This document shows positions 19,193 through 28,907 of a stretch of DNA of 64,000 nt, piece after piece; position 1 is the stretch's first letter, and each line of letters opens with the position of its first letter. The notes below the pieces were generated by a model. The model was given only the letters and a program-made list of their open reading frames with translations. It did not search any database and had not been told where the DNA came from. Made by a program: the position numbers and the translations under genes. This DNA comes from a virus: positions 2,425 through 66,424 of the IMG/VR virus record IMGVR_UViG_3300009152_000046. One strand, written 5' to 3'.

Positions 19193-19638
19193 TGGAAAAA
19201 TTAGTAAAAACATATCAAGAGTTTGTAAACGAAGCTACAAAAGAAGTAGTTTATCCTACTAACTTTAAAGGCCAAGTACAGAGTGCGCTAGCTGGAGTTT
19301 ATACTTCAGTAATGGCAATCGCTCAGGAATTAGCAAATGAAAAAGCTGCTCGTAATCCTGGAAGATATACTGGAACTATTGAAGAAGTAGATATTACTAG
19401 AGCAATGAATCTTATTTTTCATAGCGACTGGAAAAAGAAATTAAAACAACAAGCATTAGGCCAAATGGTATATAAATCAATGGAACGTGCTGGTAAACAG
19501 GATAATGTAGTTGCAAAGAAAAATCAAAGAGCAATGGGTCGTATGTTAGGAGATAAAGACTTTAATTTAAACATCGACAAATCAAGCACAAGATTTAGTG
19601 ACAAACGCCAAGGCACTGGCCCTGGATCAAATCAATAA
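19192..19638 (+). CDS. hypothetical late protein
   Basis: VKTYQEFVNE N-terminus. Confidence 0.65.
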   Translation: MEKLVKTYQEFVNEATKEVVYPTNFKGQVQSALAGVYTSVMAIAQELANEKAARNPGRYTGTIEEVDITRAMNLIFHSDWKKKLKQQALGQMVYKSMERAGKQDNVVAKKNQRAMGRMLGDKDFNLNIDKSSTRFSDKRQGTGPGSNQ

Positions 19639-19645
19639 TTAAAAG

Positions 19646-20293
19646 ATGATAGTTTCAGGAATATATCAAATACGGAATTTAATAAATAATAAGATTTATG
19701 TAGGTTCTGCAAAAAGTATTAGACATAGATTTAATAGTCATGTGTCGACATTACGCCGAGGAATACATCATTCAATTCTTCTGCAAAATGCATGGAAAAA
19801 ATATGGAGAAAAAATGTTTATTTTTGAAATATTGGAAGAAACTAATAATTTAATAGAAAGAGAACAATTTTATATTGACCAAACTGAATGCTTTACTAAA
19901 GAGCGCGGATATAATATTAAAAGAATAGCAAATAGTAATCTTGGAGTATATCCATCTGCTGAGACTCGAAAGAAAATGAGTGATTCTAGAAAAGGTCGCA
20001 AATTTTCAGAAGAACTTAAAATGAAATTATCAATTTCCGCTAAAAATAGAGCAAAGCCATCAATCGAAACTAAGAAAAAAATATCAAATTCTCAAAAGGG
20101 TAAAATGAAAAATAGATTACGTTTAAAATTGATTAATATTGCTACGGGAGAAGAAAAAATAGCGAATAATATAAAGGTTTGCTTGGAAATATTGAATATT
20201 TCACCAAGCAGAAGAACTCGAATTTATTCTGTAATAAATGGAATCGCTGATTCAATAAATGGATATAAAATAATTAATTTACGAAATGAGTGA
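19646..20293 (+). CDS. free-standing GIY-YIG homing endonuclease with NUMOD3-like repeats
   Basis: SGIYQI...KIYVGS, REQFYI, GYNI; SAETRKKMS repeats; more AT-rich than flanks. Confidence 0.9.
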   Translation: MIVSGIYQIRNLINNKIYVGSAKSIRHRFNSHVSTLRRGIHHSILLQNAWKKYGEKMFIFEILEETNNLIEREQFYIDQTECFTKERGYNIKRIANSNLGVYPSAETRKKMSDSRKGRKFSEELKMKLSISAKNRAKPSIETKKKISNSQKGKMKNRLRLKLINIATGEEKIANNIKVCLEILNISPSRRTRIYSVINGIADSINGYKIINLRNE

Positions 20294-21020
20294 ACATGAA
20301 TTAATAGAAGACATTAATAATGAGATCACCTTTTCTGGTGCACTTCCTTATTCTCTTCCGGAAAAAGAGATTAAACGTATTATCTTAAACGATTCAAGAT
20401 ATTTTTGGGATAACTGGAGATATGCAGTAGAAAGTAGATATATGTTGCTTACTCCTCAGATCTTCAATAATCCTACCTTTAAGAAATTAAGACAGATTCA
20501 GTTACCGGATTGCGTACAGTTCGTTGTTGATTTTAAAGAAGCCAAAGGAGGATCTATTTTTGCTACGATTGACCGAGATTTTGCCGAACAAAAATTTATT
20601 GGTTCTGAGATCTATTTGACTCCATTCATTGGAGAAAGTATTATGTATAGAACAGTTATCTTCTCATTCCTTGATTTAACTAAGAGTATGATGATTGACT
20701 CTATTGCATACGACTACAATAAGAATACTAAAATGCTTGGAGTAATCGGTAGAACTCCAGCAACAAATGCAGTTATTCGAATCTATAAAAAACTTGATCA
20801 GGATAAATTGTTTGAAGACGAAGTTTTTCAACGATATGTTCGTGCTCATGCTAAAGTTCGTTTAGCACACATGTTACAAACTTTTAACTATACTCTACCT
20901 GGAGACGTTACTGTAAATTATCAAAACATCACGACTACTGCTGAAAAGGAGATGGAAGATGTTAAATTGATGATGAAGGGAGAAAACACTCCAGATTGGA
21001 TGTATTTATATCATCAATAA
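20286..21020 (+). CDS. neck/head-tail adaptor protein (T4 gp13-like)
   Basis: C-terminal FQRYVRAHAK...LPGDVTVNYQNI...AEKE resembles the gp13 LPGG motif. Confidence 0.6.
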   Translation: MSEHELIEDINNEITFSGALPYSLPEKEIKRIILNDSRYFWDNWRYAVESRYMLLTPQIFNNPTFKKLRQIQLPDCVQFVVDFKEAKGGSIFATIDRDFAEQKFIGSEIYLTPFIGESIMYRTVIFSFLDLTKSMMIDSIAYDYNKNTKMLGVIGRTPATNAVIRIYKKLDQDKLFEDEVFQRYVRAHAKVRLAHMLQTFNYTLPGDVTVNYQNITTTAEKEMEDVKLMMKGENTPDWMYLYHQ

Positions 21021-21025
21021 TTAAT

Positions 21026-21403
21026 ATGGCAAACCTTAGAGATTTTTATCTTAGACCTGAAACAGATCCTGCATTTCGACCAGAACAGTTAGAAGTGTAT
21101 GATGAACTTGAATCGTGTCTACAACAAATTAAGATGACTCTTTTTACTCAAAAGGGAGAAGTACTTGGTGAACCTGAATTTGGTTTAGAAGTAGAGAAAT
21201 ACTTATTTGAATTTACAATTGATCCGTTTGCTCTTACTAAAGAGGCCGGCGGTCAAATAACTAAGTATGTCGGTGAAGCTCGTAAAAGAAATATTGGAGT
21301 TAGACCCGCATCATACAAAGATGATAGAGCTGGACGAGAAATTTTTGTACTATTAATTGATATTCCAGAACTAAAGAATCCTCTTTCTATTTTCTACGAT
21401 TAA
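21026..21403 (+). CDS. baseplate wedge protein, gp25-like
   Basis: LFTQKGEVLGEPEFGLEVEKYLFE. Confidence 0.75.
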   Translation: MANLRDFYLRPETDPAFRPEQLEVYDELESCLQQIKMTLFTQKGEVLGEPEFGLEVEKYLFEFTIDPFALTKEAGGQITKYVGEARKRNIGVRPASYKDDRAGREIFVLLIDIPELKNPLSIFYD

Positions 21404-21516
21404 TCTATTGAACCGAACCCGCGTTCGCGGCATTTTATTCGTTCTGTCTCTACAACAGAGATAAATTCCCATGCAGTTTTACATGTTTTACTAAGATATG
21501 AGATAAGTCTTTTCAT
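21400..21516 (-). CDS. possible 38-aa ORF after the portal gene
   Basis: MKRLISYLSKTCKTAWEF...GFGSID; fills the intergenic gap. Confidence 0.3.
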   Translation of the reverse strand: MKRLISYLSKTCKTAWEFISVVETERIKCRERGFGSID

Positions 21517-21520
21517 GTTT

Positions 21521-23227
21521 TTATAATTGGCCGGTGCCCTTTACTTCGCCACCTTCAGTAGTTTCTGATCCACCTTCTGCTGGCGTCTCTGCTGCTGTTG
21601 CGGCTGGTGCTCCTCCTCCGCCTGCTGGTGCAGCTCCTCCGGCTGCAGCTGCTGCCTCATCTGCTTCATCTTCTTTAGAATCAAGCCACTGTTGATTTGA
21701 TTCAATCTCCTCTTCAGTCATTCGAAGTTCAGTTCTAATTAAGTATTCAGTTGCAAAGTATGGAGTTCCGTCATCATTTACAATACCTTTTTTAGCAGTA
21801 AATGCAGCAATACGTTTAGCTTCAATCTCGTTCTTCTTCATCTCTTCGAAGACGTTATCGTTGTTGTAGATAAGACCGATTGCATTATTGAATTTATGAT
21901 CGTCACCGAGTTCAGGAAAATCTAAACACATTTGTAAATACCATGGTTTAACAAGTAGTTCAGAAAAAGCAGAACGTAATCTTTTAATAAATTTCTGATA
22001 ACGAACTTCCTCTCTAGTAATACCTTCCGCATTGAGTGTAAATGCACCCATACCGCTTTGGCCTTCCCAACGTGAATATGGAATCTTTGAATCCATTTTC
22101 AGTTTTTTATAGAAGTAATTTAGTAATTCAGAACCAGAAAGATTTGGTCCTGGGTATTGTAATGGCTCTATTTTTACAGATTGATTTTGATCGTTTACTG
22201 GCAATACATAGTTCTTATAGAACATCATGTTTGGTTTACCGTCTACTTGTAATTCACCCGAATCTCCATTAAAGTAAATATCTTCTTTTAAGAGGTTCAT
22301 AAATTCACGAACGTCCTCTTGACTCTTTTGTAAACTCTTTGATCCGACTGGAACAGTTGTTGTCAAACGAATTGGAGCGTTCATTACGTGCCAAATAACT
22401 TTACTGTGCTCAATAATTCTAAGCAAGTTAAACGATCGAATCAGACGTTCTACGAAAGAAACGCGTTTTGTTCTAAAGTGGTTGGCATAAGAAATATAGA
22501 TGATCTGTGAATCGTTTAACATTCGGGTTCCACCAGTGGCTTGGTCATACTGTACCCATTGTAAAAACAATTTACCTTTAGTATCCTTTTGTAATTGAGG
22601 AGCAATACTTGCTGGATCAAGTTCCTTGAAACCAATAATTTCAGTAGGCTTCTCTAAGTTATCATAGATGATCTCAAAAGAAAGGTGACCTTCTACTAAG
22701 AATTGAAATGCATATTGCCATGCTGCAATTCCTTCAGCAAATCCCCAAGCATTGTATATCTTTTGGAAGTTATCTGTATGCTTACGTACGATTTTTTCTT
22801 GGAAATTAAGACGCTCATCTTTTGTATTTCCACGATACATCATTTTACCAGTAAGATCGTTTGCATAGCAGAAACGATTTTCATCATCAAATACAATCAT
22901 ATCATCAACGATTGTCTCTAGGATAAATTCTATTTCTCCATTGGAGGCAACATCTCTTAACCGTTCTCTTTTTACTACATAGTCCAATTGGAAAAAGGCG
23001 ATTGCTTTGCTTCTTAATTGGGAAGTAGTATCGGCAATTGCCATTGAAAACTTGAGCAGGTCATCTCCAGGACCAAGTCGAGTTGATCTGGCCGAAATCT
23101 GACTTTCGATAAAACCGATTGCTTGAGAGTTTTTAAGTAGTAAGTCTTCGTATCGAGTACCGAACTTACTTAATCCTGAAAGTTTACCTCCAGTGAATCC
23201 GCGTTGTGTATCTAAAAATCCTGCCAT
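21521..23227 (-). CDS. gp20: portal vertex protein (T4 gp20-like)
   Basis: RSFNLLRIIEHSKVIWHVMNAP, YFYKKL..KIPYSR and EGITREEVRYQKFIKRLR match the gp20 pattern. Confidence 0.85.
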   Translation of the reverse strand: MAGFLDTQRGFTGGKLSGLSKFGTRYEDLLLKNSQAIGFIESQISARSTRLGPGDDLLKFSMAIADTTSQLRSKAIAFFQLDYVVKRERLRDVASNGEIEFILETIVDDMIVFDDENRFCYANDLTGKMMYRGNTKDERLNFQEKIVRKHTDNFQKIYNAWGFAEGIAAWQYAFQFLVEGHLSFEIIYDNLEKPTEIIGFKELDPASIAPQLQKDTKGKLFLQWVQYDQATGGTRMLNDSQIIYISYANHFRTKRVSFVERLIRSFNLLRIIEHSKVIWHVMNAPIRLTTTVPVGSKSLQKSQEDVREFMNLLKEDIYFNGDSGELQVDGKPNMMFYKNYVLPVNDQNQSVKIEPLQYPGPNLSGSELLNYFYKKLKMDSKIPYSRWEGQSGMGAFTLNAEGITREEVRYQKFIKRLRSAFSELLVKPWYLQMCLDFPELGDDHKFNNAIGLIYNNDNVFEEMKKNEIEAKRIAAFTAKKGIVNDDGTPYFATEYLIRTELRMTEEEIESNQQWLDSKEDEADEAAAAAGGAAPAGGGGAPAATAAETPAEGGSETTEGGEVKGTGQL

Positions 23228-23233
23228 ATTATG

Positions 23234-23854
23234 TTATATTATTGAATTTGTAATAAACTGTTCAAAAATCTCAACGATATTAATTGTATCTGGGAAAAGC
23301 CCAACCTGTGAAACTTTAGGTCTGACTAACATTCCAAAATTATCCCAATCAATTAATCGAGCTTCTGCAATAGTGTCTATATTATATTTATTTATTGAAT
23401 AGTTTAAATTTGAAACCCCTATGATCTGGCTCAAAATGGTCGTGGTAACAAAGTAGAACTTCCTGTCCAGAAGTCTTCTCTCATTTAGATCAATTAACTC
23501 TTCGTCTTTAAAAAGACCTGGCATTCCATTTTGTGACGAGAAGGCATAGTATGCTTCCATTAATTTGGCACATACTGGAGTCGGAATTACTTTAAGATTA
23601 AGAATTAGTGCAGTTTCTTTCCAATTTTCATGGAATAGAGCAAGTCCGCATGGTCTAAGATCTAAGTAAGGTTTTCCGTCATTAAGAAACGGAACATTTT
23701 GTTCAGTAAGATTCGGTACTTGGCTAGCTATTTTAAAGGAATAAAATCTTCCTGGAATAAATTGCGACCTATTTTGAGTGATTCCGACATTTTCTGAAAC
23801 CTGTTCTAATGTGTACTGCCCATTGTTCTTCTCTATGTCTTCGAATCTTTTCAA
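23234..23854 (-). CDS. possible DNA end protector (T4 gp2-like)
   Basis: PGRFYSF and LNLKVIP..AKLM motifs; adjacent to the gp4-like gene. Confidence 0.4.
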   Translation of the reverse strand: MKRFEDIEKNNGQYTLEQVSENVGITQNRSQFIPGRFYSFKIASQVPNLTEQNVPFLNDGKPYLDLRPCGLALFHENWKETALILNLKVIPTPVCAKLMEAYYAFSSQNGMPGLFKDEELIDLNERRLLDRKFYFVTTTILSQIIGVSNLNYSINKYNIDTIAEARLIDWDNFGMLVRPKVSQVGLFPDTINIVEIFEQFITNSII

Positions 23855-23874
23855 ACTAATAAACTTTAGATATT

Positions 23875-24375
23875 TTACACCTTATTGAATAAAAAGTTTT
23901 CAGTAATAATTCCAAATCGCATTGAGTTCTTGTGAGCATAGACTTGAGCTGCCTTAAACTTTGCAGTATTAATGATGTATGCCTTTGCATGTCGTGCATA
24001 GTTTAGTGTCTGTTTTTCAGTCAGGCGTTTTGGAGGCTCAGGGGGCGTAAGATACTTGTTTGGTTTGATTTCTATTAGCCATTTAGTAAGAGTCCCGTCT
24101 GGACTCTTTGTAACCATATAGCAATCTATCCAATAAGTACTTTCTTTCTTTAGGATCGGATTATTGTATGCAATACCTACTGGTTCGGCAATATATTCTA
24201 CAATCGACTCGTTATTATCACAATAGGTCAGAAACTTAAGTTCCCAACTAGAACGATAAATGATTTTAGAAAGATCGCCTTTATACTTATGTGGATTTTG
24301 AGGAGTAAAATACCCTTGCTTAACCCTACCGTTTTGCGGTTTCAAGAAATCTTGAATGTCCCTTTGTTTCTTCAT
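23875..24375 (-). CDS. gp4: head completion nuclease (T4 gp4/TnsA-like)
   Basis: PQNPHKYKGD..IYRSSWE, IEIKP, N.AKFKAA and F.IITE motifs. Confidence 0.9.
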   Translation of the reverse strand: MKKQRDIQDFLKPQNGRVKQGYFTPQNPHKYKGDLSKIIYRSSWELKFLTYCDNNESIVEYIAEPVGIAYNNPILKKESTYWIDCYMVTKSPDGTLTKWLIEIKPNKYLTPPEPPKRLTEKQTLNYARHAKAYIINTAKFKAAQVYAHKNSMRFGIITENFLFNKV

Positions 24376-24392
24376 AGTTGGACGGGATTAGA

Positions 24393-24719
24393 TTACTCTA
24401 AGTGGTCTGCGATAAACGAATCAGCTTCGTCTGGACCAAGTTTGCCCATTTCAACTAATTTAACAACCAGTGCGGCAATCGCAAGTTTTTCAGGAACTGA
24501 CTCTTCAGACATTTCAAGTTCATTCTTTTCGAATGCTTCAGTAAGATCGTTGAATGATGCTTCAGCTGCTGCTTCTACTTCTTCTTCTGACCCTACTAAC
24601 TCAACTAGTGCATCTAGGATATCGTCACCAATATTTAATTCTTCAGATGGCTCTGCTCCCATTTTATATGAAGCTGAAGAGCTACTGTATTCCAAAAGAG
24701 ACATGATTTTATTGTTCAT
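24393..24719 (-). CDS. acidic hypothetical late protein
   Basis: Late promoter at 24738-24745 (-). Confidence 0.65.
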   Translation of the reverse strand: MNNKIMSLLEYSSSSASYKMGAEPSEELNIGDDILDALVELVGSEEEVEAAAEASFNDLTEAFEKNELEMSEESVPEKLAIAALVVKLVEMGKLGPDEADSFIADHLE

Positions 24720-24744
24720 TATTGCTCAATATTTTTATTATTTA

Positions 24745-25887
24745 TTAAACAAGTAATAAGTCGAAGGCTGAATCGGAAAAGTATTTGTCTAGTGTCTCAT
24801 TAAATTCATTAAAAGTAAGAGCTGGCTGCTGATTTAGCATAAATCTAAAGAGATCATTAACGTCTTTGATCTTAGTATTGATCTCTCTAGTTAAAGCTGG
24901 GTAAGTTTTTCTTAAATCAGTAATTAGTAAATTCCATAAGAACACTGAGTAACCTTTCATTAGCAATTCAATTGAGGCTTCCTTACCGGCTCTATCATTA
25001 TCAAAAAAGATTCGCGAGTTTTCTTTCGTAACTAAGCTGGCCAGTAACTGCTTACTTTTTGTAACTCCGGTAGTGGCAATACAGTTTCGGACAAACATTG
25101 AATCAATTTGGCCCTCAGTAATAGTGATCTTTTGGGTAAAATTTATGTTTAGTATATTAAAATAATTGTTTAGTGAGTTAACTTGAGTGATAAAATCTTC
25201 ATCTAGATCTGGAACAAGTCCATTCTTCTTAAATTCAGTATAGTTCTTAATATCGTATTTTGGACCCGGATAATCATCGTTAATACGACGTAATGCAAAG
25301 CCAATAACTTTTCCTGATTTAATGTCAAGGTTAAAAATATACACCTTGTCTTGTCGAGAATCATAATAACAGCTCTGTTCAAATACTGGAAGTTTATTAA
25401 TTTTTCGTTTTTCAATAAATATTCCAATCGGGCTGTCGGCTTCTGCATCTTTACATGGAATAAGAGAAAAACGATCAACTACCTCACTAAATACAAGCAG
25501 TTGCTTACCTACTTCTCGGTTAATTAAGAATTCAATTAGGAAACCTTTCTTCTTGATCGAAGTTGCAGGTTTATACTCTACTTTCTTCTTCTCTACTCCA
25601 GGAACACCTAGTGTATATTTAAGAGCAAACTTTGAGATAAACTTTTCAAGAGGAACCCAAGTAGAACACCCATCGTTGTAGCATTTATAAGTTTGCGTAC
25701 TCAGGTAAAGGTGGCCCCTCTTCTTATTTGGATCAGTTAGTGAGTCACCGCAATACGGGCAGGCAAAATTAAGCTTATCCTCATCGGTATCATTTATTTT
25801 TTGTCGAAGAGGATCTCCTGGAAATCTCTTCTTAAGAACATCTTCGACAAATTTAACAACTGTGTAACTCACGTCTAATTTAAACAT
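24745..25887 (-). CDS. DNA primase (T4 gp61-like)
   Basis: Zn finger CPYCGDS...CYNDGC; TOPRIM ITEGQIDS, FDNDRAG and KDVND. Confidence 0.9.
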   Translation of the reverse strand: MFKLDVSYTVVKFVEDVLKKRFPGDPLRQKINDTDEDKLNFACPYCGDSLTDPNKKRGHLYLSTQTYKCYNDGCSTWVPLEKFISKFALKYTLGVPGVEKKKVEYKPATSIKKKGFLIEFLINREVGKQLLVFSEVVDRFSLIPCKDAEADSPIGIFIEKRKINKLPVFEQSCYYDSRQDKVYIFNLDIKSGKVIGFALRRINDDYPGPKYDIKNYTEFKKNGLVPDLDEDFITQVNSLNNYFNILNINFTQKITITEGQIDSMFVRNCIATTGVTKSKQLLASLVTKENSRIFFDNDRAGKEASIELLMKGYSVFLWNLLITDLRKTYPALTREINTKIKDVNDLFRFMLNQQPALTFNEFNETLDKYFSDSAFDLLLV

Positions 25888-25892
25888 ATTTT

Positions 25893-27317
25893 TTATTCTA
25901 CTTCTTCCTCTTCAACTTCTGCAACTGGTACTTCTTTCTTCTTTGCAAGGCGCTTGAGATATTTTTCAAGTTCAAACTTCGGAACTATTATTGAATTTAG
26001 ACCATACGTAGTTATTAATGATAGATACTCAGCAAAATTGCTTTCTGGAATATCTGCATCAGGATTACCGATAATCTTCCAAAACTTTTCTGGAACTTCT
26101 ACTGATGCTAGTGACTCTTGGTCAACTACATAAAGAGGATATATCTGATCGTCAGTTAATGGTTTTTTACTCTTTATGGTTATTACATCGATGCTACGTT
26201 TTAGATGTATGTCTATTGCACCAACTTTCATGGCAGCAAGTAACTTATTTACAGGTTCAATAATTAACATAAAGAACTGATGGTTCATATCGATCGGCAC
26301 AGCAAGCTCTGCTGGAAAACTTGCAGGGGAGTAGGCAAATACATCAAAATTATGCTCATTTGGTGCACAGTGATAGAATTTAATCTTATCCTTTTCTCTA
26401 AGTGGAGCATACTTTGCATTTAATCCGGTCTTAATAAGAAGATGATTATAATACGCTGCAGATCTTGCGAATATTGATATGCCTTTTCTTAAAGAACAGG
26501 TTTCAATATTATCAATATACTTATCAAATACTGTAATTTTAAAGTTTAGCGCAACATCATCTATTGATAGGCCATTAAATTCTTCTTTTAATTCCTTTAA
26601 TTTAGGAAGAACATCGCGTTCAAGATCTAGAGTCTTTCCTATCTCCATGATATATTCAGTAAGAGCAACAAGTTTTTTTCTTGCCCAGACTGGATACGAG
26701 CCTTTAATTGAATCTAATCCCTTTATGACTAAGTATCTCTTTTCATTAGTCATTAGTTCCATTGCTGGATTTGGGTCATACGCTACTTTAATCGCATAAT
26801 TCTTCTTCTTTAGCCAGATACCGTATTCTGATAAGTTTTCAAGCTTAAATTTAAGACGATTTCGAGTATTAAAGATTCGCCCGTATTTTTCAAAGCAGAT
26901 ATCAAAATATTTAGAAAGACGATTATTGTCTATCGCGACGCATATCTTTAAAGCTTCTTCTCGAGTAAAGGTCGCACCCTCAATTGAATGGATTGCAGAT
27001 TCAAACTGCACATAAATGGAGTCAGTGTCTGTATAAATTGCCGCTTCTTCTGTAATTTGATTTATTTTATACTTATCAATACCTAGGAGTTGGTGTAGCT
27101 CAGTATCGAGGTGCCAACGATCCATAAAGTAGTGGTTTACTGCCTTAATGCTAAACTTAATTAGGTCCTGACCTTGTAAAGTAATCGATTGGGCAATATC
27201 TGGATTATAGAAATAAAACCATTTGTTACCAAAAGCTCCATAAATGGAATTAATTAAGATTTTTATCGCGTTTTGCTTAAGATCGAGCTTTTTGATCTGG
27301 TTTGAGTTGTCTTTCAT
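25893..27317 (-). CDS. family B DNA polymerase, C-terminal subunit only (split gene)
   Basis: Begins at motif B KILINSIYGAFG; motif C YTDTDS; KKKNYA; no exonuclease domain or motif A. Confidence 0.85.
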   Translation of the reverse strand: MKDNSNQIKKLDLKQNAIKILINSIYGAFGNKWFYFYNPDIAQSITLQGQDLIKFSIKAVNHYFMDRWHLDTELHQLLGIDKYKINQITEEAAIYTDTDSIYVQFESAIHSIEGATFTREEALKICVAIDNNRLSKYFDICFEKYGRIFNTRNRLKFKLENLSEYGIWLKKKNYAIKVAYDPNPAMELMTNEKRYLVIKGLDSIKGSYPVWARKKLVALTEYIMEIGKTLDLERDVLPKLKELKEEFNGLSIDDVALNFKITVFDKYIDNIETCSLRKGISIFARSAAYYNHLLIKTGLNAKYAPLREKDKIKFYHCAPNEHNFDVFAYSPASFPAELAVPIDMNHQFFMLIIEPVNKLLAAMKVGAIDIHLKRSIDVITIKSKKPLTDDQIYPLYVVDQESLASVEVPEKFWKIIGNPDADIPESNFAEYLSLITTYGLNSIIVPKFELEKYLKRLAKKKEVPVAEVEEEEVE

Positions 27318-27487
27318 ATAAGATCTTACTTTATTTTTTTAAAATGGTTTATTAATTGGTCACCTGGAGATAATACAGGTGACTATTTTTACTGATATAT
27401 GGCAATTTACCAAAAAAGTTAATTCTATTTTCCTAAGTAACTATACTAAGAAAATCTGAAAGAATAAATAATAAAAAGAGGTTTTAG

Positions 27488-28105
27488 ATGAGTGAAAATG
27501 ATTCACTGGATAAAACTTCAGAGTTATACAAAAACTTACCTTTTATGGAAGCATTTCCATTTAAGGAGTACGAAATAACACTGGAAACCGAAGGGATAGA
27601 TTCTGCAGAACTTGGAATTGCACCAATTTTGCTCAATACACTAGGCACGTTTGGCACGGAGAACCACATTAACTTTAATTATATTGAAAACGACGAAATC
27701 GTCCTAATCTCATTCTATCTAGAAGACGTGGTTCACGTTTCTAATATTTCACAAAAAATAAAAAAACTAAATTCAGTAAAAGATGACCTAGACGAAGGGT
27801 TGTCGAGCAATTCTTTACAAGTAAAAATTGACCACATAAAGAAGAGTAAAAAATTTATTAAGCTCTTAGAGTCAGAAAACCTAGAATGTGCACCATTTAC
27901 TGATGTTCTACAGGATATGATGTCAATTAATGATGTTATCCTAACCTCACAACAAGTTCTTGGAATACAAAAATTAAATTTACTTAAAATTCAAGAGGAA
28001 GATTTAGTAACCAAGCAAAGAGAAGTAATTGTCTCTTTTCTCAACTTTCAATTACACTATGCTCGAATAATATTAGGCATAGTTATTGCAGCTAAAATAT
28101 ACTAA
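27488..28105 (+). CDS. hypothetical late protein
   Basis: Late promoter at 27464. Confidence 0.65.
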   Translation: MSENDSLDKTSELYKNLPFMEAFPFKEYEITLETEGIDSAELGIAPILLNTLGTFGTENHINFNYIENDEIVLISFYLEDVVHVSNISQKIKKLNSVKDDLDEGLSSNSLQVKIDHIKKSKKFIKLLESENLECAPFTDVLQDMMSINDVILTSQQVLGIQKLNLLKIQEEDLVTKQREVIVSFLNFQLHYARIILGIVIAAKIY

Positions 28106-28110
28106 CAATT

Positions 28111-28878
28111 ATGACAAGACGCAAGAACAAATTCACCAAAGACGAAATAGAAGATATTTCAAATTGGGACAGTGAGAGAAGCTCAGTAATGAATACTAAA
28201 GCTCTTTCAGGTAAACTTGATATTAAATGTAGGTCGAAAGCACAAAAAGACGTTCTTGTAGCAATTGAAGACAAAGTAATATCAGTAATTATTGGTCCTC
28301 CAGGTACAGGTAAAACGTATCTCTCTTGCGCTAGAGCTCTAAAGTTTATTAAAGAAGACTCAATGACTTATAAGAAAATAATTTTGATTAAGTCAGTGAA
28401 TGTACCAAAGGACGAAGAGATTGGATATTTAAAAGGCACGCTTGAAGAAAAGATGGAAATGTACATGTATCCATTTATTAGTAATTTTCACAAAGTAATT
28501 GGTAAACTTGCAACTGAAAATCTAAAGAATAATGGAGTAATAGAAATTCTTCCAATTAAGTTTGCATTAGGCGTTACTCTAGACGATGCGATTATTATTA
28601 TCGATGAGGCACAACAAATTTCTAAAGACAATTTAAGAACGTTAATCACCAGAATTGGAAACAACTCTAAGATGATATTCTTGGGAGACGTTAAGCAAAA
28701 ATCAGTAAATAAAAGAGAAAAGAGTGCACTTGAAATCTTGATAGAACACTTTACGAATATTCCTGAAATAGGAATAGTTCGACTTGGAAAAGAGGATATT
28801 GTAAGACATCCTATTATTAAAAAGATAGAAGAAATTTTCGATAAGATAGAAGACTCTGAAAAACTAAATGGAAAATAA
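28111..28878 (+). CDS. phoH: PhoH-family ATPase
   Basis: GPPGTGKT, IGYLKG, IIDEAQ, TRIG..SK, GDVKQ and DIVRHP motifs. Confidence 0.92.
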   Translation: MTRRKNKFTKDEIEDISNWDSERSSVMNTKALSGKLDIKCRSKAQKDVLVAIEDKVISVIIGPPGTGKTYLSCARALKFIKEDSMTYKKIILIKSVNVPKDEEIGYLKGTLEEKMEMYMYPFISNFHKVIGKLATENLKNNGVIEILPIKFALGVTLDDAIIIIDEAQQISKDNLRTLITRIGNNSKMIFLGDVKQKSVNKREKSALEILIEHFTNIPEIGIVRLGKEDIVRHPIIKKIEEIFDKIEDSEKLNGK

Positions 28879-28907
28879 AAAAAGAGCAGCGTTAGCTGCT
28901 CTTTTTT
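28878..28907. terminator. bidirectional intrinsic terminator
   Basis: AAAAAAGAGCAGC-gtta-GCTGCTCTTTTTT. Confidence 0.8.

Noticed and set aside
21400-21516. TER...RGFGS in the small ORF resembles dUTPase motif V
   Set aside because: Spacing is wrong and no other dUTPase motifs are present; likely chance
23875-24375. TnsA-like nuclease suggesting a Tn7 transposon
   Set aside because: Matches T4 gp4 head-completion protein in motifs and context; no tnsB/tnsC genes or transposon ends
27358-27384. Hairpin as a T4 gene-43-style translational operator
   Set aside because: It lies upstream of the predicted proximal promoter, so it is probably not in that mRNA; retained only as a note
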